Source: Macrostomum lignano
Lineage: Eukaryota
NCBI GenBank assembly: GCA_002269645.1
Contig: NIVC01000006.1
Location: forward strand, 1 to 64,000
Direction: 5' to 3'
Length of the DNA: 64,000 nucleotides
Positions within the stretch are counted from its first letter, which is position 1. Each line of letters starts with the position of its first letter. The notes under the pieces are model-generated. The model did no database searches, was not told where the DNA came from, and was given only the letters and a program-made list of their open reading frames with translations. Below, one piece after another: positions 23,501 to 36,302 of this stretch. Position numbers and translations under genes: made by a program.

Positions 23501-26500
23501 TAGTTTCTGTAATCCATATCTCATTAGTAGTATTAAATAATTTTATAATTTTTGGGATTCTCGTGAGTTCACTTGAAAGGTCAAGGGTTCGATTCCTGAT
23601 TCTACTCGAGAGTTCACCCAGCTGTAAAATGGGTAACCAGCATTAGCTGGGGTAACTGAGGGTGTGAGTGGCGAACCCCCAGTCCTTGGACTGAACAGCC
23701 GTACGCAGCCTTCAGATGCGACGATGCGCCACGCAATAGCTGCGGCTGAGCTGTAGGTTGCACATATGGCCCAATTGGGGCAGGTTTATCAATTATTAAT
23801 ATTATTATTTTGGACAGTCTTGGCCCAGCGGCTAGCAACTGACACTCTTCGAGGCTGGCCCAGCAACTGAGGATCTGGGAGGCTGACCCTGAAACTGAGG
23901 ATCTGGGAGGCTGACCCTGAAACTGAGGATCTGGGAGGCTGACCCTGAAACTGAGGATCTGGGAGGCTGACCCTGAAACTGAGGATCTGGGAGGCTGACC
24001 CTGAAACTGAGGATCTGGGAGGCTGACCCTGAAACTGAGGATCTGGGAGGCTGACCCTGAAACTGAGGATCTGGGAGGCTGACCCTGAAACTGAGGATCT
24101 GGGAGGCTGGCTTAGCAACTAAGGATCAGGGAGGCTGGCTCAGCAACTGAGGATCAGGGAGGCTGGCCTAGCAACTAAGGATCAGGGAGGCTGGCCCAGC
24201 AATTGAGGATCAGGGAGGCTGGCCTAGTAACTAAGGATCAGGGAGGCTTAAATTTAAAATTCAAGACTGCTTATTAATTGTCAAACTTGAATAATCCGGA
24301 TTCTGCATTCTGCAACTATTGTGGTTCAGAAAAAGACTCAGCAGTGTTAAGGGTAGGGCAGAGAATTTATTGACTAGAAAAAAGGGTCAGACATACCGCA
24401 TGGCTGTAATAGGCGGCAAGGAAGCTGTGATCGATCGAGCCGGCTTGCCTAGCAACGGTTGCTAGGGCGGCGGACGCCCGCTGCTGCTGCTGCTGCTTAG
24501 CGACGGCCAGAGCGGCCAGCAGTCTGGTTTGCATCTGAGCGAACAGAGGCGGCGGCTGCTGCGGCTGAGACGGTGGCGCCTCATCGTCAAGGAAAGCATC
24601 GGCCAGGCCAATCTTGTAGCTGCGGATCATCGCGTCCTGGCGTTCCCGATAGGTCAGCGCGGAGCCGCCCGCGGCCGGCTCAGCAGCGGCAGGCGGCGGC
24701 GGTGGCTGCTGCCGGGGCATTGCGAGCTGGGAATTATTGTGATGGAGATGAGGCGGTTCAGGCGACGGCCGGAGCCTGGGCGGCAAGCAGCCTGCGGCAG
24801 GGGGTAAGGAGATTGAAGCAGCTGGGAGCGTTGCGTGGGCACTGAAGGGCTTGCTAATCTAAGGGATAGAAATGAACTAACATGGATACATGTGGGCAGG
24901 TTATTAGGAAGACGCTGCTTATAGTAGTATTCGGGATTTCAGAACGCAAGTCTTCGTATAGGGGGTATTAAGAGATTTTTACTTAAAGTACCTTTACGAC
25001 TTTCGGTATTTACGTTGGGAGATTTTCGGAATCAGCTGTATTGCGGGGTTTTATGAATCAGCTGAATTGGGAGATTTTGGGAATTAGCTGAATTGGGAGA
25101 TTTTGGGAATCAGCTGAATTGGGAAATTTTGGGAATTAGCTGAATTCGGACTTTAGGAATTAGCTGAATTGGGGGACTTTGGGAATTAGCTGAATTGGGG
25201 AATTTTAGGTATGAGCTGAATTGGGAAATTTTTGGAAGCAGCTAAAGTGGGAGATTTTGGGAAATTGTGTGAATTTGGGATATTTCGGGAATTAGCTTAA
25301 TTGGGGGATTTTGGGAATTAGGTGAATTGCACGAGAGGGGGCGGTTCGGAATCAGCTGAATTATGAGATTTAGGAACAGTTGAGTTGGGAGATTTTGAGA
25401 ATCAGCTAAATAAGGTTTTTCCTTTCAAAATGAGTTAGTTTTTTAAATCAGAGCTGTGCCAACTCAGAACTCACACTTCTGCTGAGCAATGCTTCCAGCA
25501 GCGGCAGATTCGAAAAGAATATCGCTGGGCCACTGCAAACTGGGCGCCGGCGACAAAGGTCGACGCAGAACTTGCCGTTGACAGGCGGTCATCGTCCAGT
25601 CGGACAGACCCTTCGACAGACACCGGCTGGCCGAGAACCGCCTCGGTGGCAGTGGCGGCAGGGCTCCAATCGACGCCGCTGTCAAATTCGGCAAACAGCC
25701 GTCAGCGGCTCTTAGAAACCGGCGTGCAGTCGAGCGCAGTCGATGCCGCAGTCGACGAATTCGCCGACGAACAATCGAGCCAGACTTGGCGGCGCCGTCA
25801 ATCCCAGCGTCAACATCGTCGACTACATCGAACTTGTCAAAGCCGATGCTCACAGGACTGCCGACATTGCCGCCACCGCTGCCGCTGTTATCATCGCCGT
25901 CAAAATCGTCGTCGTCGCTTGTCAAAGACGCGGCCGCCGTCAGAGAGTCTGGATAGAGTTGGTTGATCGCCAACTGCTCGTTGCTAAGGACGCCACCGCC
26001 GCCCGCGTAGAAACCGTCCAGGTAGCGCAGTAGAGCGAAGCCGACGTTGCGAACGCTTCTTGAGCGACGCTTGGGGTCTGCGGTAAGGTCCGGAAATGTG
26101 GACTGCCAGACTAGTGAAACATGGACTGCCAGACTAGTGAAACATGGATTGCAAGACTAGTGAAACATGGATTGCAAGACTAAGGAAACATGGATTGCTA
26201 GACTAGGGAAATATGAATTGCTAGACTAGGGAAATATGGATTGCTAGACTAGGGAAATATGGATTGCTAGACTAGGGAAATATGGATTGCTAGACTAGGG
26301 AAATATGGATTGCTAGACTAGGGAAATATGGATTGCTAGACTAGGGAAATATGGATTGCTAGACTAGGGAAATATGGATTGCTAGACTAGGGAAATATGG
26401 ATTGCTAGACTAGTGAAACATGGATTGCTAGACTAGTGAAACATGGATTGCTAGACTAGTGAAACATGGTTTGCTAGACTAGGGAAATATGGATTGCTAG

Positions 26501-29500
26501 ACTAGGGAAATATGGATTGCTAGACTAGGGAAATATGGATTGCTAGACTAGGGAAATATGGATTGCTAGACTAGGGAAATATGGATTGCTAGACTAGGGA
26601 AATATGGATTGCTAGACTAGGGAAATATGGATTGCTAGACTAGGGAAATATGGATTGCTAGACTAGGGAAATATGGATTGCTAGACTAAGGAAACATGGA
26701 TTGCTAGACTAGTGAAACATGGATTGCTAGACTAGGGAAATATGGATTGCTAGACTAGGGAAATATGGATTGCTAGACTAGGGAAATATGGATTGCTAGA
26801 CTAAGGAAACATGGATTGCTAGACTAGGGAAATATGGATTGCTAGACTAGGGAAATATGGATTGCTAGACTAGGGAAATATGGATTGCTAGACTAGGGAA
26901 ATATGGATTGCTAGACTAGGGAAATATGGATTGCTAGACTAGGGAAATATGGATTGCTAGACTAAGGAAACATGGATTGCTAGACTAGGGAAATATGGAT
27001 TGCTAGACTAGGGAAATATGGATTATCAGACTAGTGAAATATGGATTGCTAGACTAGGGAAATATGGATTGCTAGACTAGGGAAATATGGATTGCTAGAC
27101 TAGGGAAATATGGATTGCTAGACTAGGGAAATATGGATTGCTAGACTAGGGAAATATGGATTGCTAGACTAGGGAAATATGGATTGCTAGACTAGGGAAA
27201 TATGGATTGCTAGACTAGGGAAATATGGATTGCTAGACTAGGGAAATATGGATTGCTAGACTAGGGAAATATGGATTGCTAGACTAGGGAAATATGGATT
27301 GCTAGACTAGGGAAATATGGATTGCTAGACTAGGGAAATATGGATTGCTAGACTAGGGAAATATGGATTGCTAGACTAAGGAAACATGGATTGCTAGACT
27401 AGGGAAATATGGATTGCTAGACTAGGGAAATATGGATTGCTAGACTAGGGAAATATGGATTGCTAGACTAGGGAAATATGGATTGCTAGACTAGGGAAAT
27501 ATGGATTGCTAGACTAGGGAAATATGGATTGCTAGACTAGGGAAATATGGATTGCTAGACTAGTGAAACATGGATTGCTAGACTAGTGAAACATGGATTG
27601 CTAGACTAGTGAAACATGGTTTGCTAGACTAGGGAAATATGGATTGCTAGACTAGGGAAATATGGATTGCTAGACTAGGGAAATACGGATTGCTAGACTA
27701 GGGAAATATGGATTGCTAGACTAGGGAAATATGGATTGCTAGACTAGGGAAATATGGATTGCTAGACTAGGGAAATATGGATTGCTAGACTAGGGAAATA
27801 TGGATTGCTAGACTAGGGAAATATGGATTGCTAGACTAGGGAAATATGGATTGCTAGACTAGGGAAATATGGATTGCTAGACTAGGGAAACATAGATTGC
27901 TAGACTAGGGAAATATGGATTGCTAGACTATTCAAACGACTATCAAAAGCTCGCCATACCGCTGCTATCCAACGTGCCCCGCTCCATCAGCCACTCGGTC
28001 AGGGCTGCCTGAGCGGTGCGGCCGAGTTGACGCCGCAGGTGTAGCGGCAGCGACTCCTCCAACAGGGCGGCGTTGGCCCGTCGTGTTAGTCGAGACGCCG
28101 CATCCACTGGCAGACGGCGAAGACGTCGACGTGGGGGAAAATGGCGAGACTGCTGAGAAGGCTGCGACTGGGATTCAGCTGGAATGGTGAGGTCAGCGTG
28201 GGTGAAAATTAAAGTGCAGATGCAGCAGCCGATTGACAATCCAACTATCAGAGTAGAGTGACAATCTGACTACAGAGTGACAATCTGACTATCAGAGTGA
28301 CAATTTGACTATCAGAGTGACAATTCGACTATGAGAGTGACAATCTGACTATCAGAGTGACAATTTGACTATGAGAGTGACAATTTGACTATCAGAGTGA
28401 CAATTTGACTATCAGTGACAATCTGACTATCAGAGTGACAATTCGACTATGAGAGTGACAATCTGACTATCAGAGTGACAATTTGACTATGAGAGTGACA
28501 ATTTGACTATCAGAGTGACAATCTGACTATGAGAGTGACAATTCGACTATGAGAGTGACATCTGACTATCAGAGTGACAATTTGACTGTCAGAGTGACAA
28601 TCTGACTATCAGAGTGACAATCTGACTATGAGAGTGACAATTTGACTATCAGAGTGACAATCTGACTATCAGAGTGACAATTCGACTATCAGAGTGACAA
28701 TCTGACTATCAGAGTGACAATCTGACTATCAGGACTAAAATCTGGTGAGTTTTAACTTCAATAGTATACACCTGGCGCATACCTGAGCAGTCGGCAGTGG
28801 ACTGAGTATTATCCCGCAAAATGACGGCCAGATTCTGTTTAAAATCTGCCAGCGCCAATTCAGCCTGGGATCTGTCACCGGAATCGGAAGCGATAGCAGC
28901 GCGACCCGAGCCGGCGGATTGGGCCAGGCCACGGCCAAGACGGCGAACTTCTGACACCAGACTGGGCGACTTGGCGAGGCAGGTGGACAGCAGGTTGTCT
29001 GAAGAGGGTTAGGGTGATGCTGCAGATAAGCTTTCATGTGAGCAGTGAGGATCTGGGAGTGCGGCAGGTGCTCAGCAACTGAGGATCTGGGAGTGCGGCA
29101 GGTGGCCCAGCAACTGAGGATCTGGGAGTGCGGCAGGTGGCCCAGCAACTGAGGATCTGGGAGTGCGGCAGGTGGCCCAGCAACTGAGGATCTGGGAGTG
29201 CGGCAGGTGCTCAGCAACTGAGGATCTGGGAGTGCGGCAGGTGGCCCAGCAACTGAGGATCTGGGAGTGCGGCAGGTGCTCAGCAACTGAGGATCTGGGA
29301 GTGCGGCAGGTGACCCAGCAACTGAGGATCTGGGAGTGCGGCAGGTGGCCCAGCAACTGAGGATCTGGGAGTGCGGCAGGTGGCCCAGCAACTGAGGATC
29401 TGGGAGTGCGGCAGGTGGCCCAGCAACTGAGGATCTGGGAGTGCGGCAGGTGGCCCAGCAACTGAGGATCTGGGAGTGCGGCAGGTGGCCCAGCAACTGA

Positions 29501-30464
29501 GGATCTGGGAGTGCGGCAGGTGGCCCAGCAACTGAGGATCTGGGAGGAATAAAAGTACTCAAAGTAGGCCACTCACCAACAGACGCAGGTAAGTCGATGC
29601 TGTCATCATCGGAGCCGCTGCTCACTTGAGCCTCCAAGTTGCACGCAGCGGTGAAGCGGGCGTCAATGAAGCTCTGCAGTTGGCTCACCGCTGTAGTTGG
29701 CGAAATTTCTGCATTGTTGAAAAAATGAAAATAAAGCAGTTGCAGCACCATTGTGTAGGAGAATCCATCTTAGATAAGTAGGGACCTGAGCGGAGTGAAC
29801 TATAGCTCATTCGGTAAATATAGGGACCTGAGCGGAGTGAACTATAGCTCATTCGGTAAATATAGGGACCTGAGCGGAGTTAACTATTGCTCACTCGGTA
29901 AAAATAGGGACCTGAGCGGAGTACTGGCATAAATAGAACAATGCATTAAAACTACATATATTGCACACCTGCATCTGTTCCATTGACTTCAGAAGCTTTA
30001 TCAGCCGGTTTGCTGCTAGCAGATGCATTGGCAACAACAACAGCAGAAGCAGTATCAGAAGAGGCTGGCAAGCACCGCGTCAGAGCCACCTGAGTCTCCG
30101 ATAGCAGACAATCTGCCAAATCGTCAAGCGATGAATCTCCATTTCCAGCATCCTCATTGCTGGCATTGTTATTAAACTCCTCGGCGGCCTTGCAAACTTC
30201 ATCAAGCTGCTTAGCTAGGCTAGCCAGATTCAGCTTAGCAATCTTGTCCACCGAGGCGCAAATGGCAGCTTCACTGGGCTGCCCATCGCTAGATGACGGT
30301 GCCAGTTTCCGCTTCCGGTTGCCATTTCCCGTCTGGCTGGAACTGCCATCCAGGCCAGATTGGGTCAGCCGGTTCAAAAAGTTGGACACTTCATCGGCTG
30401 CTGTGGCCGAGGCTGCATCAACCTCGGGCATGTCCGGGCCATTGCCCAGCTTGGAGGTGAGCAT
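20510..30464 (-). CDS. Predicted 1041-aa protein with a TASOR-like (DomII + PIN-like) C-terminus; exons 30464-29969, 29708-29577, 28998-28783, 28178-27960, 26077-25475, 24791-24397, 23321-22949, 22178-21588, 20610-20510
   Basis: Nine GC-rich exons join through phase-compatible GT-AG sites into one 3126-nt ORF. DLASRLTSLGHRQCDP, LVVYAH..LPGLLELRKRRDVRFLAF, PIFPVTGG..LLGD and LAELQ..RHREFLLLV..FGCETATVGQLLARY are colinear with the TASOR C-terminus as I recall it. Gene model confidence is higher than family confidence. Confidence 0.7.
20650..21510. repeat. 21-bp minisatellite in the last intron of the TASOR-like gene
   Basis: CACCTGCTGTTTCCTGTCTGT tandem copies. Confidence 0.95.
22245..24250. 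repeat. 28-bp family arrays at 22245-22930 and 23820-24250
   Basis: GGGAGGCTGGCCCAGCAACTGAGGATCT and GGCTGACCCTGAAACTGAGG variants. Confidence 0.95.
23555..23720 (+). mobile_element. tRNA-derived SINE fragment in an intron of the TASOR-like gene
   Basis: B box GGTTCGATTCC (23586-23596) followed by CACCCAGCTGTAAAATGGGTA, a motif typical of conserved SINE central domains. Confidence 0.5.
25020..25420. repeat. Degenerate 26-bp intronic minisatellite
   Basis: GAATTAGCTGAATTGGGAGATTTTGG units. Confidence 0.85.
26095..27930. repeat. 23-bp minisatellite, about 1.8 kb, highly homogeneous
   Basis: TATGGATTGCTAGACTAGGGAAA tandem copies filling almost the whole intron. Confidence 0.97.
28245..28735. 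repeat. 20-bp intronic minisatellite
   Basis: TCAGAGTGACAATCTGACTA tandem copies. Confidence 0.95.
29045..29550. repeat. 35-bp derivative of the 28-bp family
   Basis: GGGAGTGCGGCAGGTGGCCCAGCAACTGAGGATCT tandem copies. Confidence 0.95.
29778..29925. repeat. 42-bp repeat, 3-4 copies, in intron 1 of the TASOR-like gene
   Basis: TAGGGACCTGAGCGGAGTGAACTATAGCTCATTCGGTAAATA copies. Confidence 0.9.
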
Positions 30465-31419
30465 GTGACAGCTGCTGCTGTTTGACTCTCGAGTTGCAGG
30501 TGAAAGTTTTAATAAATTGATTGACTTGGCACTGGGAGAGCAAAAGTTGCAGCATAAATGCAGCAGCAAGTAATTCAATACAATTGTGAAAATATACAAC
30601 CCTTTAGATTCAATTTAGCAGCTATAAGGAGGAAACTGTCAGAGTCAGATGCAGATAAACATTGATTTTAAGTATTTCTTTATTGCAGAATTTTCTACAG
30701 CTTCTATAATACTTTATGAAGATAGGAAATTTTAAAAAGCAATTTAGTGCTAAGTGATACCTGATTTTGAAGAGGCTTAGTGTGTATAGATTTCTATTAA
30801 ATATACCTAGACTATTGTGATAATATCTTTAAGATTTGTGCCATTTAAATAAATGCCAATTCATCAAATTAACACTATCAAAATTTTGGCTTTCTAAAAA
30901 ATTAGGCTGCAACAAAAGTTTTGAGCATTTTTGAGCATTTTGAGCACCCTATCCATAGCCCATAGTCCAGATCATGGCAGGCGTAGGCTGGAATGAAAAT
31001 TCATGTTTTTTAAATTTTATGCTGACATAAAATAAAAAATTTTTCACACCAATACTAAAATTGTTTATATGCCATTTTTTCAAAGCATATATATTTTTAG
31101 GAATTCAAAACTTTTATTTAACTTTAAAATGGCTGTTTTTTTTTGCAAAAAACTGAATATTGTTTGTTTTAATTTGGCCTTTCTTATAATTTTACGTTAT
31201 TATTTTCAATTTTAGTTTCCAATTATTTTTAAAGAGCTTTCAATGTTGGTTGATATTTAACTACACAATTACACTAGCCTTGAACTTGGCTATTTTTGTA
31301 TGCCGACTGTGTACACTTCATGTCAAACCTGAAAATTCTATATGCCAAGTGTATGCCAAGATTGTCAGCGAGACCAAAAATATGCCGGAAAATTCTGGCG
31401 AAAAGGCCACCTTCGAATG

Positions 31420-32546
31420 AGTATAACTTTGGCTGTCAACTTTTCTATCAACTATTCCATTAACTTTCTGTCAACTATTCCATTAACTTTTCCATCAACT
31501 ATTCCATTAACTTTCTATCAACTATTCCATTAACTTTTCTATTAACTATTCCATTAACTTTCTGTCAACTATTCCATTAAATTTTCCATCAACTTTTATG
31601 TCAACTGTTTCATGAACAATTATGCAAGTCTGTTAACTAGATTCCATCAAATTTTCTGTGTACTCTGAATGGAAAGTGATATTTTTCTGTATAAATGCAG
31701 ACTTTTCCTTTGCAATTTTTTATGCATGCTTAAATTGGTTGAGTATTTATGTATATGTATAAATTATAAATAAATAACACACATGCAATTTTTTTTTCGT
31801 GTGACATACATGTTCCAGAATTTAAATGGTATTGCTACACTATTTGCACTATATCTGCACTTGTTTCATCGATTCATCTTTGGTAACTAGGGTAAATGGA
31901 AAAGATGCACGTTTTTACTACTGTAGGCTTGTTTTTTCATTGATATATAAGCATACAAACAGTCAATAAATGAGCAAAGAGCTACTCGCATGATGATCCT
32001 ATTTGACAAAGTCACATGTTTTTCCAAACATTAAATTGCACTTTAATGAATGCATTTAAAGTGCAACACTATATTTTTTTTAATTAAATACATAGGTCGC
32101 TAGAATTTTGCCTATCCCCTAAAAAAATATTGAAAGAGTTCTAATCAAATTATTTTTGATTAATTAAAGTACAATAAACATGTCCTGCTAACAGTTAACT
32201 ACATATGCTCACACAAGGACTTCTAGATTTACTAGACCAACTAGTTAGTCTAGAAGTCCTTGTGCTCACAATTTACAAATAAAAATAACATTAATGTATG
32301 AGCTTGGATGTCATACAGAATTATTTCATAAAAGTTGATGGATAAAGTTGAAGGAAAAGTTGACAGAAAAGTTAATAGAGAAGTTTATAGAAAAGTTGAT
32401 GGAAGAGCTAACAGAAAAGTTGACAGATAAAGTTGTGTACCCAACTTATAGGAAAAGTTGATGGAAAAGTTAACAGAAAAGTTAATGGAAAAGCTGAAAG
32501 AAAAGTTGATGGCCAAAGTTATATTTGTACCTTCCTGACTATGTCC
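31420..32546. mobile_element. Foldback-like element with inverted subterminal arrays, related to the 35740 MITE
   Basis: Array of AACTTTTCCATC-type units at about 31420-31610 is inverted relative to GAAAAGTTGATG units at about 32330-32525. The right end CCTTCCTGACTATGT matches the MITE TIR; the left TIR is degenerate. Confidence 0.6.
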
Positions 32547-35500
32547 CATACCACAGGGCCTAGTCCAGATCATGCTGGGTGCATGCCTGAACAAAAATTG
32601 AATAATTACAAATGCACACCAGAAAAAATGTAGTGCATGCCCATTCTAAAAAATATGCCAGTGTTGCAACAATAAATGACCTTTTTTACGTTGTGACAAT
32701 AAAATACTTTTTTTTAAATTAGGCCTACATAATAAACCCCTATTACCAAATAATTTGGTTGCTTTTTATGCTTTTTTGGCAATACTATTTATAGCAGAAA
32801 ATTTAAACACTCAAAGATTTGTTTAAATACCCTTTTAAGAGCTTGAAAAAACTAGAAAGCTTGAAATTTGCACTTAAAAATGAACTTTTTCATCTTTTTT
32901 CTACTTCACAATAACTTTTACACATGATTCTATAAAGTTCACACTAGGTGTGCACGCACACTATCTTCTCAGGAGTGATGCACATTGCACGCCAACTGTG
33001 CACGCCTAATTTTGGCATGCAAGGCCAATGCACACCCGAATTTTTGGGCATAGGCCTATACTATATGATCCAGTCCAGAGTGTGGGTCCCATCCCATAGC
33101 CATAGGCATAGGGTCTTACTTTAAGGGATATAGACTAGAAAAAACTTTTTAAAATATATTTAGATATTAGTATTTAATAAAATCTTGTCTTAAAAGTTTT
33201 TAAAACTACAAAAACTTTTATGTTTATACCAACAAAAAACCCAATGTAGGCTTTATATTTGACAAGTCATACCTCATAGGACCCCCACCCCACTAAAGTC
33301 CCTATGCCAGGTAACAAAAATCATGACATGATGCCAATTGATGGTCATGCTGATGCCTATGAGGACTAAAAAGTGGTTTGGCAAAAAATTAAAGATTCAG
33401 ACCTAAAGATTTTAAAGACCTAGACCTAGGCCTAGTCAAAGCAAAGAAACTAGTATAGGTCTAGTTCAATTTAATGCACTGGATATTTATGTAATTAAAA
33501 GGAAGTTGTTTGATTGGCGATTACACTAGGCCTACTGACTAGGTTAGCCTAACATGTTAGACGAAGTGTTTAACTTCGTTGAAAAATGAAACTCTCCATA
33601 ACTAGAGGGAGATACGTGCTTTAAAGTTTTTATTATTGAATGACAATCGCCAAGAAGAAAGTGAAAAATTGTGCTAAGTTAGGTTGTTAAGGCAGTCAAA
33701 TATTAACAGAGTTTAATATTTATACTGCTGTTTTTCTTGGAATTCCGAACCGATTCTGGTTCTGGAATTGGTAATGTGAAAAGGCCCATTGAGAGATTCC
33801 GCGCGCTCTTTATTAACCTGGCGAAAATGATGTTTTTAAATTGCTTCATGATGACTCACTCGTTATTTCACGATGTTTTTTATAATATATTATAAATGCA
33901 CTTTTCATTACAATTTTGCACTTCAAAAGTCTATGCTCTTACCTTTTAGTATTGCAATGGCCGCCCTAACTTTATAACTTAAGAGGAATCAATCTTCATT
34001 CGTCCAAATAAACTGCATACCAGTTTAATATAGTATTCGTTTCTTCTTGAAGCCAAAATCTTATTTAGAGCCTACATTATATTTTAATTGCAGATACGTA
34101 AAGACTAAAGATTATGTATATTTATGTTATTTTCTAGTAATCGTGCATACATGTTTATCGGCCAATCGTCCTAAAGAGCCTAAAAATAACTATAAAAATT
34201 AGGCTACTTACTTTCTTATGTATTTAAAATTTATCATTTTGCAAGAGCTGCACCTGATATTAAAAAACGTATTCATTCACGCATTTACATGTAGCTACTC
34301 CAAAAAAGCACATTCTGACAATTGCATTCGGAAAGATTCGCGTATACCGAAACCTATACATTTAAATTTTTAATTAAGATCACAGTTTAGTTGACTTAAT
34401 TAGTTATATAATAAAGCAGGGGATATATACATGTACGTAACAACTGAGGCAGGTTCGCATTATCGCTACACCTTGCATGTACAAGCGTACATGTACGAGT
34501 AGCAGCGTAAGTCATAAAAAAGATTTATAGATCGAGTTTGTCCCAACAACCACCGTGTGAGACAGCAGAATTGTACATTGGTTGCCCAATAATTGCATAA
34601 ATTTTCTCCCGGTGAAATGCTGGCACTTGATTATTGCATACGTATGCATACATCTTTGCTAAGTTATTTTAATGTGCGTTCATCAAAAATTAAATTTATT
34701 CATCACCCATATTGACCCAATAAAGATTTTCTAGTGGTAGTGATAAAATCGAAACTTTGCTAGCTGAAGCCTATAGTGTCGTATACAACCAAAGTATAAG
34801 TTCTAGTTAAACACATAGGTTGTAATAAAAATTTCAAGGTAGAACAGTTGAAAAATACTGAAAAATTTTTGAGATAAAACGATTAATTTTTTAAGAAGTT
34901 ATATTAGTTTGTTTAAACTGAATAAGAAAGTTTAAAATACCAACTGATTTCCTGGAACAGCCCGCGCTGGGAACGGTCGAACGAAGTGTCAGTGTCAGCA
35001 AATGCTGAAAATGCTGATTGCATCGGCAGCACTTTTGCACTTTAGCTACCTAAGGATTATTGATACTTGAAAATGAATTGATAAAAGAATTTACTAATTT
35101 AAGAAATGTATATTGTTTTATACATTTAGTTTAAAATGTATTAAATTGCTTCTTACAATTTTATTTCTAATAGAAATTTTCTATGCTATGTCACGTATCT
35201 GACTGATGTTCCGATGGAATGGTATCAATAAAACATTGTCATTAATTGGCCTGGTTGGCTCTCTTATATTACCTCATCTTAGATCCTATCTTATTTCACT
35301 TAAAACTAAAAGCGCTATACTTGTCAAACTATTTCCAATTGCCAATTAGATTGATTTAAAAATGCAATATAATAGAAATCAGGTAAAGTAGCTTGCTTGG
35401 CAAATAAAATAAAAAGAAATCCAAAAATCAACATGTGGTTTTTTTCACACACCAAGGTGCATTGTCAGGTATATTGTTTGAGACAAAAGGTGTGAGTAAG

Positions 35501-35739
35501 CAAATTTATAAATTATTTGTCAATGAAACGTATGTTAGTATGTAGCTGGTGAGTAAGTATTTTGTTTATTATATAGCTTTGTATTTTGTTTCATAGCTGG
35601 TGAGTCACCCACCCTTAATATGCAACTCCAACACAATGGTTCAGGCCATGTTTTTCGATTCCAGGTATTCTGAGTGAGAGAGCATTGACCTTGTTGTAAC
35701 CACTGCTAACTCAATTATATTTTGTTTTCTACCTATTGG

Positions 35740-36302
35740 ACATAGTCAGGAAGGTGTCCAGTGTATGCAGGAACTAATTCTGGGCAAAATTTAGCCTGTA
35801 CACCAATGTACGCCAATTTTTTTAGCTTCATTTCGAACATTACGCTGTACACTGAAGTCCTTTTTCCATATTTGAAATTGGATTTTACGAAAGAATGGAC
35901 TACTTTATTGCATGCAACAATTTAAAAAAAGTTGAAAACAGAAACAAATAAAACAATTCTTTTTTCACAAAAGTGCAAAATAACAATCTTTAGAAATAGT
36001 TTTCCATTATCTGCTTATTTTTTATTATTCTTTAATTTTTTCAATGGCCATAAATCAACAAAGACATATGATACAATGCAAATAAGATTGAATATTATTT
36101 GTAAAAAAGGTCACTGTGCAATTGCTTATGTATACAGACAGTGATTATGATGCTGCCAGTAAAATTGGTACACCGATTTTGTCGTTCTGTTATGTGTGTA
36201 CGCAGATACGCAAGTTTTCTAAAGATCTATATGCTGAAACTGATTCTAACGGCCAAGTGTACGCGGGATTATTCCTGCGTACGGACACCTTCCTGACTAT
36301 GG
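35740..36302. mobile_element. Non-autonomous DNA transposon (MITE), 563 bp, about 20-bp TIRs, 8-bp TSD CCTATTGG
   Basis: CATAGTCAGGAAGGTGTCC (35741-35759) is the reverse complement of GGACACCTTCCTGACTATG (36283-36301). CCTATTGG flanks both sides (35732-35739 and 36303-36310). An 8-bp TSD fits the hAT or P superfamilies. Confidence 0.85.

Noticed and set aside
23614-23838. Possible extra exon of the TASOR-like gene
   Set aside because: No good phase-0 donor, it overlaps a SINE fragment, and the flanking exons join in frame without it.
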